Translations under genes and position numbers: made by a program
Shown: positions 8,301 through 16,890 of the stretch, in pieces
Layout of the letters: every line of letters starts with the position of its first letter
Position numbering within the stretch: position 1 is the stretch's first letter
Assembly: GCA_965205425.1 (NCBI GenBank)
Contig: CBDBGZ010000003.1
Span: 1-43,012 of the forward strand
Direction: 5' to 3'
DNA length: 43,012 nucleotides
Source: Nitrosopumilus sp.
GTDB lineage: Archaea > Thermoproteota > Nitrososphaeria > Nitrososphaerales > Nitrosopumilaceae
Notes under the pieces: generated by a model
The model's input: only the letters and a program-made list of their open reading frames with translations
Database searches by the model: none
What the model was told of the DNA's origin: nothing

Positions 8301-8603
8301 TTGGTAGACTTTATGTTAGCTGCAGTTGTATCTGCATTTCTCAATATTGTATTGTTACTAGTTGTAATTGCAACTTATGTGCAAAACATGAGAGTGATTA
8401 GATCATACTATACTTCAGGTCTAGTACTAGTTGCAGCATTACTAATGATTCAAAATATTGTCATCGTACTATTTTGGTCTACACTATACATGGATGACAA
8501 AGCATTGATGATGTCAGCTGATATGGTATCTCACTATCTGTTTGCAATTAATGTAATTCAAACAATTGGATTATCAGTTCTTGTTTGGATTACTAGAAGA
8601 TAG
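8301..8603 (+). CDS. Small 3-TM membrane protein, partner of the wHTH regulator
   Basis: Three hydrophobic segments; same size and pattern (Asn in TM1, xN in TM2) as 38025..38309. Confidence 0.8.
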   Translation: MVDFMLAAVVSAFLNIVLLLVVIATYVQNMRVIRSYYTSGLVLVAALLMIQNIVIVLFWSTLYMDDKALMMSADMVSHYLFAINVIQTIGLSVLVWITRR

Positions 8604-8610
8604 TTACAAA

Positions 8611-8622
8611 AAAGATTGGGGT
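8611..8622 (+). promoter_or_regulatory. AAAGATTGGGGT box upstream of the spondin gene promoter
   Basis: Identical to 7058..7069; ends 47 nt before the ATG (46 nt for the DM13 gene). Confidence 0.5.
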
Positions 8623-8668
8623 CTAAAGTGAGTAAATCCTTAAGTAATTTTTCAGAATCACTAGTTTA

Positions 8669-9409
8669 ATGAAAACAAAAAAGACAAGTATTTTTGTCAT
8701 AACTGCAATAGTTGCAATGTTAGCTGTTGTAAGCGTAGCGGGAATACCTGAATCTAGTGCAGCAAAGCCACAGATGTATGAGGTAACTGTAACCAACATT
8801 ACTCCAGGCCAGCCAATAACTCCTCCATTGTTAGTTACACATTCCAAAGATGTTAGCTTATTCACTGTTGGAAAGATGGCATCAGAGCAGCTCCAACAAC
8901 TAGCAGAGAATGGAAATTCTAGTCTCCTAGTTGAGAAGCTAGAAGGCAAATCAGGAGTCATGGATATTGTTAAAGGTTCAGTTGGACATTTAGTCCCAGC
9001 AAATGATCCAGGAGATACAGATTTGCAATATTCTGAGACATTTACAGTTTCAGCTGATGGAAAAAATAGATACCTCTCCTTTGCAAGCATGTTAGTTTGT
9101 ACAAATGATGGAATTGCTGGAATTGATTCAGTAAAGCTTCCATTCTACAAAGAAAAAACAGTCTATGCCAAAGCATATGATGTTAGAACTGAGATGAATA
9201 CTGAAGACTTTGCAGACATGGTTCCTCCATGTGCTGCTGAATCGGGAGTAAGTTCTAGTGACAAAGGAACAGGAGCTACCAATTCAGCAATTGCTGAAGA
9301 CGGGGTAATCATTCCACATCCAGGAATCTTTGGAGATGATGATTTATCTCAGAGAGCTCACGGATGGGATGGTCCAGTTGTCAAAATTGACATTGTACGA
9401 ATGAAATAA
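8669..9409 (+). CDS. Secreted spondin_N-domain protein
   Basis: Signal peptide; YEVTVTNIT..QPITP, LAENG, SMLVCTNDG and YDVRTEMN motifs. Confidence 0.88.
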   Translation: MKTKKTSIFVITAIVAMLAVVSVAGIPESSAAKPQMYEVTVTNITPGQPITPPLLVTHSKDVSLFTVGKMASEQLQQLAENGNSSLLVEKLEGKSGVMDIVKGSVGHLVPANDPGDTDLQYSETFTVSADGKNRYLSFASMLVCTNDGIAGIDSVKLPFYKEKTVYAKAYDVRTEMNTEDFADMVPPCAAESGVSSSDKGTGATNSAIAEDGVIIPHPGIFGDDDLSQRAHGWDGPVVKIDIVRMK

Positions 9410-9440
9410 TTTCCAACTCTAGTTGGATTTTTTTCTTTTT

Positions 9441-9764
9441 TTATTTATCAAAATTTACTTCAACGTCTTTTCGATCATCTTCAGAGATTTTGAACATATC
9501 AAAAGGAGTAGTGTTACTTGATTCCTCTATAATTATTCGTGCACAAACACAATCTTGATTTGAAAATGGACTTTTTATAATTCCAGATTTACTTGGAACA
9601 ACTTTTCTATGAATTTCAGAGACACCAACTGCTAAAGAACGAATTTTTGAAGTAGGTAAACTTTGCATTAGTTTTTTTCTTTTCATAGTTTTAAAACCTC
9701 TAAAAAATAATATCAAACCAAAAATTACTCCAACTCCAGCATAACCAAGAATTCTTGTATCCAT
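9441..9764 (-). pseudogene. Truncated GIDE-like membrane protein with a LemA-like tail
   Basis: TM followed by PTSKIRSLAVGVSEI...SPFSNQDCV (GIDE N-terminus); the tail FKISEDDRKDVEVNF resembles the LemA C-terminus. Confidence 0.55.
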
Positions 9765-9841
9765 GAAAAGAATGGAATGTACGGGTATTAGTTAATTTTT
9801 ACATAATTTTCATGAGATTATGAATTTCACATGAAGTAAAA

Positions 9842-10792
9842 TTATGGTTTTAAAAATACCTTCATAGTATCAGGCTTCTTTGCATGCTCTATTGCGTCTG
9901 AAAATTTTTCCAATGAAAAAGTAGAGTCAATCATAGAATTTACGGAAACAATTCCTGAATCTAGTGCATCTATTGCAGGTTTGAATAAACCACATCTAGA
10001 ACCAACTAAAGTTATTTCATTGACTACAGTTGGGGTCAAATCAAGGCTCTCCTTTGATGCAATTGTGGATTTTAAAACTACAGTTCCACGAGGTTTTATC
10101 AATTTCATAGTATCTGCAAATCCAGAATTACTTCCAGTAGCTTCCACTACCAAATCAAATGATTGTTCATCAGATGATTCAATGCCAATTTTTATTTTAA
10201 CTCCAATGTTTATCAAACTCTCAAGTTTGCTTTTGTGTCGACCAAAACAGGTAATGTTTGGGCATGTTAGTTTTAGAACTTGGATAATTAATTGAGCTAA
10301 TCGCCCATCACCAACTACAGCTACACTCCATTGAGGTTGCAAAGTTACTTGTTCTTTAATCTCAAATGCAGCAGCTAAAGGCTCAACAAACACTGCTTGT
10401 TCATCTGTAATTGAATCAGGAATTACATGAAGGTTTTTTTCAGGCAATGAAAGAAATTCTGCAAATGCGCCATCACGTTTCAAGATTCCAAGAACTGTTC
10501 TGTTAGGACAGTGTCTATCCATTCCTTTTTCACAAAAATCACATACGCCACATCCCGCATTAATCTCACCTACAACTCGTTTACCAATTAATTGTGGATT
10601 TTCAGATTTTTCTACAGTTCCAACAAACTCATGACCTAAAATTCCATTATACTTCATGTACCCATCTAAAATTTCTAAATCTGTTCCACAAATTCCAGCT
10701 AAATTTACTCGAACTAGAGCCTCACCAGGTTTAGGATCTGTATAGTTTTCTTCATAGTTCATATTTTTTCCATCAAAACATGTAGCCTTCAT
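9842..10792 (-). CDS. Zinc-dependent medium-chain alcohol dehydrogenase
   Basis: GICGTD, GHEFVG and CGVCDFC...C motifs. Confidence 0.93.
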   Translation of the reverse strand: MKATCFDGKNMNYEENYTDPKPGEALVRVNLAGICGTDLEILDGYMKYNGILGHEFVGTVEKSENPQLIGKRVVGEINAGCGVCDFCEKGMDRHCPNRTVLGILKRDGAFAEFLSLPEKNLHVIPDSITDEQAVFVEPLAAAFEIKEQVTLQPQWSVAVVGDGRLAQLIIQVLKLTCPNITCFGRHKSKLESLINIGVKIKIGIESSDEQSFDLVVEATGSNSGFADTMKLIKPRGTVVLKSTIASKESLDLTPTVVNEITLVGSRCGLFKPAIDALDSGIVSVNSMIDSTFSLEKFSDAIEHAKKPDTMKVFLKP

Positions 10793-10883
10793 GAAATAGA
10801 TGATAATGTATTCTAATTTTAAAATAGTGAAATTCCAAAAAACAAAAGCTTACTTTTAAATAATTTATCCAAGTAAAATACAC

Positions 10884-11248
10884 ATGCCAAGAGTTTCATG
10901 GTTTGATATTCCAGCTGATGATCCAGAAAGAGCACAAAAATTCTACAAGGAAGTATTTAATTGGGAATTTGAGAAATGGGATGGACCAATGGATTATTGG
11001 ATGGCAAAAACTGGAGATGAACAACCAGGAATTGATGGAGGGCTATCAAAAAGAATGCCAGGGCAAATGGGATAACCAATACAATTACAGTTTCATCAGT
11101 TGATGAATATTCAAAAAAGATTGTTGAAAAAGGTGGGCAAATTATAGTTCCCAAAATAGCAATACCAAAAATAGGTTGGATTTCAAACGCAATGGATACT
11201 GAGGGAAACATCTTTGGATTCATAGAAATGGATGAGAAAGCAGAGTAA
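10884..11248 (+). pseudogene. VOC/glyoxalase family protein, frameshifted near 11070
   Basis: N-half WFDIPADDPERAQKFY...IDGGL. Adding one base at ATGGGATAACC restores ITNTITVSSVDEYSKKIVEKGG...DTEGNIFGFIEMDEKAE*. Confidence 0.88.
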
Positions 11249-11289
11249 TACCACCTAAATTAATAATCAGCAAGATTACAAATTTTTAA

Positions 11290-11706
11290 TTGAGTTACAA
11301 GTTTTTAGATCATGCAACTGATGCAATTATAGAGGTAAATGCAAAAGACCTCAAAGAAGCATTTTCTGTAGCAGCTGATGCAGAAATTAATCTAACATTA
11401 GATCAAGACAAGGTTAAGGAGAAAGAACAAAAAGAATTTTCAGCGAGTGGAAAAGATGTCAGATATCTTTTGTTTAGTTGGTTAGAAGAGATTCCATTTG
11501 TTCTAATAACAGAAGGATTTGCAATCAAAAGAGTAGAATTTGATATTAAGCAAAACAACGGCTATACAATTAATGCAATAGCATATGGTGAACCATTAGA
11601 TGTTAAAAAGCACAATTTCAAGGTAGAAATCAAAGCACCTACATTTTACGATATGGAGATAAGACAAGATGATGGTGTCTACATGCGATTTTTACTTGAT
11701 TTGTAG
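11290..11706 (+). CDS. Archease
   Basis: YKFLDHATD, EIKAPTFY and terminal LLDL motifs. Confidence 0.93.
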   Translation: MSYKFLDHATDAIIEVNAKDLKEAFSVAADAEINLTLDQDKVKEKEQKEFSASGKDVRYLLFSWLEEIPFVLITEGFAIKRVEFDIKQNNGYTINAIAYGEPLDVKKHNFKVEIKAPTFYDMEIRQDDGVYMRFLLDL

Positions 11707-11785
11707 AGTTTGTGAATAATTATTCTCAAATCTATAGAAGAAATTAGTCGTATTTTTTAAAAGTCCTTGTTGTAAAATCAGTATT

Positions 11786-13399
11786 GTGAGAACAAAAATA
11801 GGATTTTTGGCAGTATTTTCGCTGTTTGTACTAATGTTATCCCCAGCTTATGCATCAGTCTCTTCAATGTCACTTGAAAAGAACTTTTACACAGAAGATG
11901 AGAATTTAGTGTTTATCGGAACTCAAAACGCAACAGATGTAATTTTTGTTATAATTCGTGACAGTCATGGAAATTTTGAAGGAATGCTCTCAGATCCAAC
12001 ACCTCAACAAGGAGAATTTTCTGTAATACCAAGACAAGCGTCAAATTTCTTCCAAAATACAGGAATCTATAATGCCACTGCCTTTTCAGATACTGAAAAA
12101 GAACATCAAGGCTTTACAATCAAGCTAGAGTTTGATGGAGACAAAGTGTTTGTAGTTCCAGATGCAATTTTACAATTAAATTCAATTTCAGATAGAACTG
12201 TAGAAGTAGAAAAAACAATTACGTTTACTGCTAGCATTACTGATAGTTCAATTAAAGATCCAATTTTTAGTTTAAAGAATGAACCAACAGGTGCAACAAT
12301 TAATTCAAGTACAGGGAAATTTATTTGGACTCCATCAAAGTCACAAGGCAACATACAAGACGTGGTTTACAATTTTGATGTCATAGTAAATCATGGAAGT
12401 CAAGAAGACAAAGAATCAATCAAGATCACCATAAAACAAGCTTATGTTGAACCAGTAAAAGAGCCAGAACCTGAACCAAAACAAATTACTCCTGAACCAC
12501 TACAAATACCAGCATCATTTGTTGATGAAACCAAAGATCCGCAAAGTTATGTTGATAGATATACCAATGAAGCTAGTTACAAGAAATGGTTTGATGATAA
12601 CTTTGCAGAATATGATTCAATTTATCAAGCAGTTGGATTAGAAGAGCCACTACAAATACCAGCATCATTTGTTGATAAAACCAAAGATCCGCAAAGTTAT
12701 GTTGATAGATATACCAATGAAGCTAATTACAAGAAATGGTTTGATGATAACTTTGCAGAATATGATTCAATTTATCAAGCAGTTGGATTAGAAGAGCCAA
12801 AAGTATTAGCATCATTTGTAGATCCTGATTTAGATCCTCAATACTATGTTGATAGGTATACCAATGAAGCCACATACAAAGAATGGTTTGATAAAACATA
12901 TCCAGACATTACAATTTTTGAAGCAGTAGGATTAGAAGAGCAAGAAATTGAAGAAGAAGAATTTGGAGAATGTGGAACAGGCACTGATCTTGTTAATGGA
13001 ATGTGTGTAATTGTAAATAATACTGAAGGCGGAGGTTGTCTAATTGCAACAGCTACCTATGGTTCGGAAATGGCACCACAAGTACAACTACTTAGAGAAA
13101 TTAGAGATAATCAATTAATGAGTACTGATTCAGGTGTTTCATTTTTGACTGGATTTAATTCATTATACTATTCATTCTCACCATATATCGCAGACATGGA
13201 AAGAGAAAGTCCAGTATTCAAAGAGATGGTAAAAATTGGAATTACGCCGTTGCTATCAACATTATCTGTCATGTCACATGCAGAATCAGAATCTGAAGTA
13301 TTAGGTTACGGAATTGGCGTGATTTTGATGAATTTGGGAATGTATGTAGCAATACCAGCAATTGTTATTATCAAAACTAGAAAATACATCAAAATCTAG
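11786..13399 (+). CDS. Secreted surface protein: Ig-like domain, three 50-aa repeats, CFI-box-CTERM domain
   Basis: Signal peptide; PTGATINSSTGKFIWTP; GGGCLIATATYGSEMAPQVQLLREIRD; C-terminal TM. Confidence 0.88.
   Translation: MRTKIGFLAVFSLFVLMLSPAYASVSSMSLEKNFYTEDENLVFIGTQNATDVIFVIIRDSHGNFEGMLSDPTPQQGEFSVIPRQASNFFQNTGIYNATAFSDTEKEHQGFTIKLEFDGDKVFVVPDAILQLNSISDRTVEVEKTITFTASITDSSIKDPIFSLKNEPTGATINSSTGKFIWTPSKSQGNIQDVVYNFDVIVNHGSQEDKESIKITIKQAYVEPVKEPEPEPKQITPEPLQIPASFVDETKDPQSYVDRYTNEASYKKWFDDNFAEYDSIYQAVGLEEPLQIPASFVDKTKDPQSYVDRYTNEANYKKWFDDNFAEYDSIYQAVGLEEPKVLASFVDPDLDPQYYVDRYTNEATYKEWFDKTYPDITIFEAVGLEEQEIEEEEFGECGTGTDLVNGMCVIVNNTEGGGCLIATATYGSEMAPQVQLLREIRDNQLMSTDSGVSFLTGFNSLYYSFSPYIADMERESPVFKEMVKIGITPLLSTLSVMSHAESESEVLGYGIGVILMNLGMYVAIPAIVIIKTRKYIKI
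12497..12940 (+). repeat. 150-bp coding repeats (two near-identical, one diverged)
   Basis: Units start at 12497, 12647 and 12797. Confidence 0.93.
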
Positions 13400-13480
13400 A
13401 AAAATCGGTAAAAATTGTAAATCTCAATTGATCAAATGGGTAGTGAAATTTATTATTGGATTTATTAAATTTGAATCAAG

Positions 13481-16243
13481 GTGGATAGTTACGCATTGAA
13501 AAATAAAATAATTCTTAGTTTCCTAGTCACACTTTGTATTGTATCTATTCAAATAGCATACGCTGAACCAGAATTTTCTTTCAAATTTGGTTCATCAGGA
13601 GCAGATGATGATGAATTTGATAATCCCATAGATGTAATATTAGATAAAAATGCAAAAAACATCTACATCGTAGATAGCAATAATGATAGAATCAGTGTAT
13701 TTGAAGACGATGGGGATTTTAATTTTGAATATGGAACATTTTGTGATATTGTAGAAATCGAAAATTGTAATGACAATGCAGATGGAGCAGATGATGATGG
13801 AGATGGTCAATTTAACAAACCACTTGCAATATCTCGCGATGCTTCAGGCGAATTTTTTGTAGTAGATTCAGATAATGAACGAGTTCAAATATTTGATGAT
13901 GATGGGAAATTTCAATCAAAATTTGGTTCATCAGATAGTGGACATAATGAATACTTGGGTACTGCTAAAGGAATAGTAATACAAGAATCAACTAAAGAAA
14001 TCCTAGTTTCTAACATTGAAAGGGATTCAATATCAGTATTTGATTCAGCTGGCAACTTTATGTTTGAATTTGATTCATTTGATGGTAATGATGATTTTCA
14101 AAATCCAACATTCATGGTAATTGATAATTCTGAACAAATGTTGTATGTGTCAGATTCGGGTAATGATAGAATTGTAATTTTTGAATTAGTAATTGGTACT
14201 ACTTGTCCAAATGGAACTGATGAAGTAGTTGATGGAGTTTGTTTTGTTGAAGAATTTGGATCTTCTGGAAATGATGAGGGGGAATTTGATGATCCGGGAG
14301 GACTAGCATATGACCCAACAGATGATTTACTTTATGTTGCAGATTCAGATAACAATCGAATACAAATTTTTGAAATAGTTAGTGGTAATACTTGCCCATC
14401 AGTAACTGAAGAAATAGTAAATGGAGTTTGTTTTGTTGAAGAATTTGGATCTTCTGGAACAACAAACGGTAAATTTGATACTCCTATGGGAATAGCTCTT
14501 GATACAAAAAATGATTTGCTATTTGTTGCAGATTCAGACAATGATAGAATTCAAGCATTTGATCTAAATTCAGGACCCACAGTCTTAACTCCAGATAAAC
14601 CAGATAATCTAGAAACAGAACCAGTGTCACCTACTTCAGTAATAATTACATGGGATGAGCCTGAAATGGATGAAAATATTCCAAAAATTACAGGTTACAA
14701 ATTAGAATATAAAATTGGTTCAGGGGATTACATTACAATAACTGAAAATTCAGATAGTACTTCAACATCATTTATTCATCAAGGACTAAATTCAGATGAC
14801 ACACATTATTATCGAGTATATTCAATAAATTCAGAAGGAACCAGTGTTTCTACATCAAGTGTTTCAATAAAACCTGAACATACAACAACTCCAACAGCAT
14901 TAACTGCAAATGCAATTGCACCAACTCAGATCAAACTTTCTTGGTTACCACCATCTGAAACTTTTGGTCAAACAATTAGTGGTTATAATATCATGAGAGA
15001 AGTAATTCCAGGAGTATATGATTCAGTAGGAAGTACAAATTCTGGAACAACATCATTTGTTGTCACAAGTTTACAAACAGACAAGGAATACTTCTTTGCA
15101 GTTAGTGCAAGCATTGGATATGGAGTTACTGGTGAATCACCAACAGCTTCTGCAACACCAAGAGATGATTCAACCAATACAATTGAAGATCCATTATCAT
15201 CAACTGCAGTTCAAGTGACTGTTCCTTCATCACCAATAAAATTAACTGCAACAATTGTTTCATCATCTCAAATTAATTTAGCATGGAGTCCCCCAGTAGA
15301 AGATGGGAATACTCCAATCCTAGGCTACAAAATTGAATTTAAGAAAGATGGAAGTTCATACAGTACGCTAGTTGCAGATACTAAAAGTGACACTAGAACA
15401 TATTCTCACAAGAATCTATCAGTTAATTCAATGTACACTTACAGAGTTTCAGCAATTAATGATGCAGGAACAAGTGACCCATCAAACGAATTTTCGGCTA
15501 CTCCAAAATCAACAAATATCCAACTTAGTCCATTAGGCAAATTAACTATTGACGAGGGGAAATTGTTGCTATTTACAGCCAAATTGGCAGATAATTCAGT
15601 TAAAGATGTAGTTTTTAGTTTAGCAAATAGTCCACCGGCAGGAAGTAAAATTATTTCAAATACAGGTGTGTTTTCATGGACTCCAACTAGTTCTGATGGA
15701 GGAAAAACATATGCCTTTGATGTAGTTGCAAAAAAAGATGGGCTTTCAGATAGAGAGACACTTACCATTACTGTCAATGATATATTGGATAGTCCACTAA
15801 TAATAGAACCAGACCCAATTACAGAGCCAGAAGAATTAGGAATAGCATCATTTGTTGATAAAACCAAAGATCCACAAAGCTATGTTGATAGATATACCAA
15901 TGAAGCTAGTTACAAGAAATGGTTTGATGATAACTTTACAGAATATGATTCAATTTATCAAGCAGTTGGATTAGAAGAACCACTGCAAATACCAGCATCT
16001 TTTGTTGATAAAACCAAAGATCCACAAAGCTATGTTGATAGATATACCAATGAAGCTAGTTACAAGAAATGGTTTGATGATAACTTTACAGAATATGATT
16101 CAATTTATCAAGCAGTTGGATTAGAAGAACCAAAAGTTGAAGAGAAGAAATTTGGCATTTGTGGCCCTGGAACAAAACTAATTGATGGTGTTTGTACAAT
16201 TGTAGAAAGACCAGATGTAAAGCCATGGTGGCAGTTTTGGTAA
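13481..16243 (+). CDS. Secreted protein: NHL beta-propeller, three FN3 domains, Ig-like domain, two 50-aa repeats, KPWWQFW tail
   Basis: Repeated YVADSDNNRIQIF and FGSSG...GEFD.P; W..P...GY...YRVSAINDAG FN3 motifs. Confidence 0.9.
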   Translation: MDSYALKNKIILSFLVTLCIVSIQIAYAEPEFSFKFGSSGADDDEFDNPIDVILDKNAKNIYIVDSNNDRISVFEDDGDFNFEYGTFCDIVEIENCNDNADGADDDGDGQFNKPLAISRDASGEFFVVDSDNERVQIFDDDGKFQSKFGSSDSGHNEYLGTAKGIVIQESTKEILVSNIERDSISVFDSAGNFMFEFDSFDGNDDFQNPTFMVIDNSEQMLYVSDSGNDRIVIFELVIGTTCPNGTDEVVDGVCFVEEFGSSGNDEGEFDDPGGLAYDPTDDLLYVADSDNNRIQIFEIVSGNTCPSVTEEIVNGVCFVEEFGSSGTTNGKFDTPMGIALDTKNDLLFVADSDNDRIQAFDLNSGPTVLTPDKPDNLETEPVSPTSVIITWDEPEMDENIPKITGYKLEYKIGSGDYITITENSDSTSTSFIHQGLNSDDTHYYRVYSINSEGTSVSTSSVSIKPEHTTTPTALTANAIAPTQIKLSWLPPSETFGQTISGYNIMREVIPGVYDSVGSTNSGTTSFVVTSLQTDKEYFFAVSASIGYGVTGESPTASATPRDDSTNTIEDPLSSTAVQVTVPSSPIKLTATIVSSSQINLAWSPPVEDGNTPILGYKIEFKKDGSSYSTLVADTKSDTRTYSHKNLSVNSMYTYRVSAINDAGTSDPSNEFSATPKSTNIQLSPLGKLTIDEGKLLLFTAKLADNSVKDVVFSLANSPPAGSKIISNTGVFSWTPTSSDGGKTYAFDVVAKKDGLSDRETLTITVNDILDSPLIIEPDPITEPEELGIASFVDKTKDPQSYVDRYTNEASYKKWFDDNFTEYDSIYQAVGLEEPLQIPASFVDKTKDPQSYVDRYTNEASYKKWFDDNFTEYDSIYQAVGLEEPKVEEKKFGICGPGTKLIDGVCTIVERPDVKPWWQFW
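15845..16133 (+). repeat. Two 150-bp repeats matching those at 12497..12796
   Basis: ASFVDKTKDPQSYVDRYTNEASYKKWFDDNFTEYDSIYQAVGLEEP starting at 15845 and 15995. Confidence 0.93.
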
Positions 16244-16292
16244 ATTATTTTGAAAGCTAAGTTTTAATCACAATACTTTTTCATATTAAATT

Positions 16293-16457
16293 ATGGGAAA
16301 ACTTGGTAGAAATCTTAGAATTTGCGGAGAATGTGGAATTGCATACACCTCTGTTAGTTTTACAAAATATATCGACCAATGCCCAATTTGTAAATCAAGG
16401 AGATTCGAAGCAATTCCAGTAAAATCACTTGATGAACAACCACAACCATCAGTATAG
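16293..16457 (+). CDS. Small zinc-ribbon protein, 54 aa
   Basis: Hand-translated MGKLGRNLRICGECGIAYTSVSFTKYIDQCPICKSRRFEAIPVKSLDEQPQPSV; two CxxC; TTTTAAT 25-31 nt upstream. Confidence 0.8.
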   Translation: MGKLGRNLRICGECGIAYTSVSFTKYIDQCPICKSRRFEAIPVKSLDEQPQPSV

Positions 16458-16488
16458 ATTTTTTAGTAGAATTAAACCTCAAAGAGCA

Positions 16489-16890
16489 TTGTCTGAAGAT
16501 CCAGAAATTGCAAAAATTATGCAAAAAAAGATGGAAGAGATGCTCAAACCAAAACCAGAGCCTAAAATCGAGCCTGGAATCATAGATTTGAACGACTCTA
16601 ATTTTGACCAGACAATATCTGCTGAAAATCCAACATTGGTCGATTTTTGGGCAGAGTGGTGCGGTCCATGCAAATCAATGCACCCAATATTTGAGAGTCT
16701 CTCAAAAAAATATCCAAACGTAAAATTTGCAAGGGTCAATGTTGATCAAAATCAAAATATCTCAATGAAGTATGCAGTACAATCAATTCCAACTTTTATC
16801 ATGTTCAAATCAGGACAAATTGTAGATAAGATGATGGGAGCAGTTGGTGCCCCTGGAATTCATATGATTTGTAAAAAGCACTCTAGCTAG
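16489..16890 (+). CDS. trxA: Thioredoxin with N-terminal helical extension
   Basis: WAEWCGPCK; start placed at TTG 16489 to avoid overlap with the zinc-ribbon gene. Confidence 0.93.
   Translation: MSEDPEIAKIMQKKMEEMLKPKPEPKIEPGIIDLNDSNFDQTISAENPTLVDFWAEWCGPCKSMHPIFESLSKKYPNVKFARVNVDQNQNISMKYAVQSIPTFIMFKSGQIVDKMMGAVGAPGIHMICKKHSS

Noticed and set aside
12497..16133. Near-identical repeats as a DGR template/variable pair
   Set aside because: No reverse transcriptase in the window, all copies are coding, and the differences are not confined to adenines.
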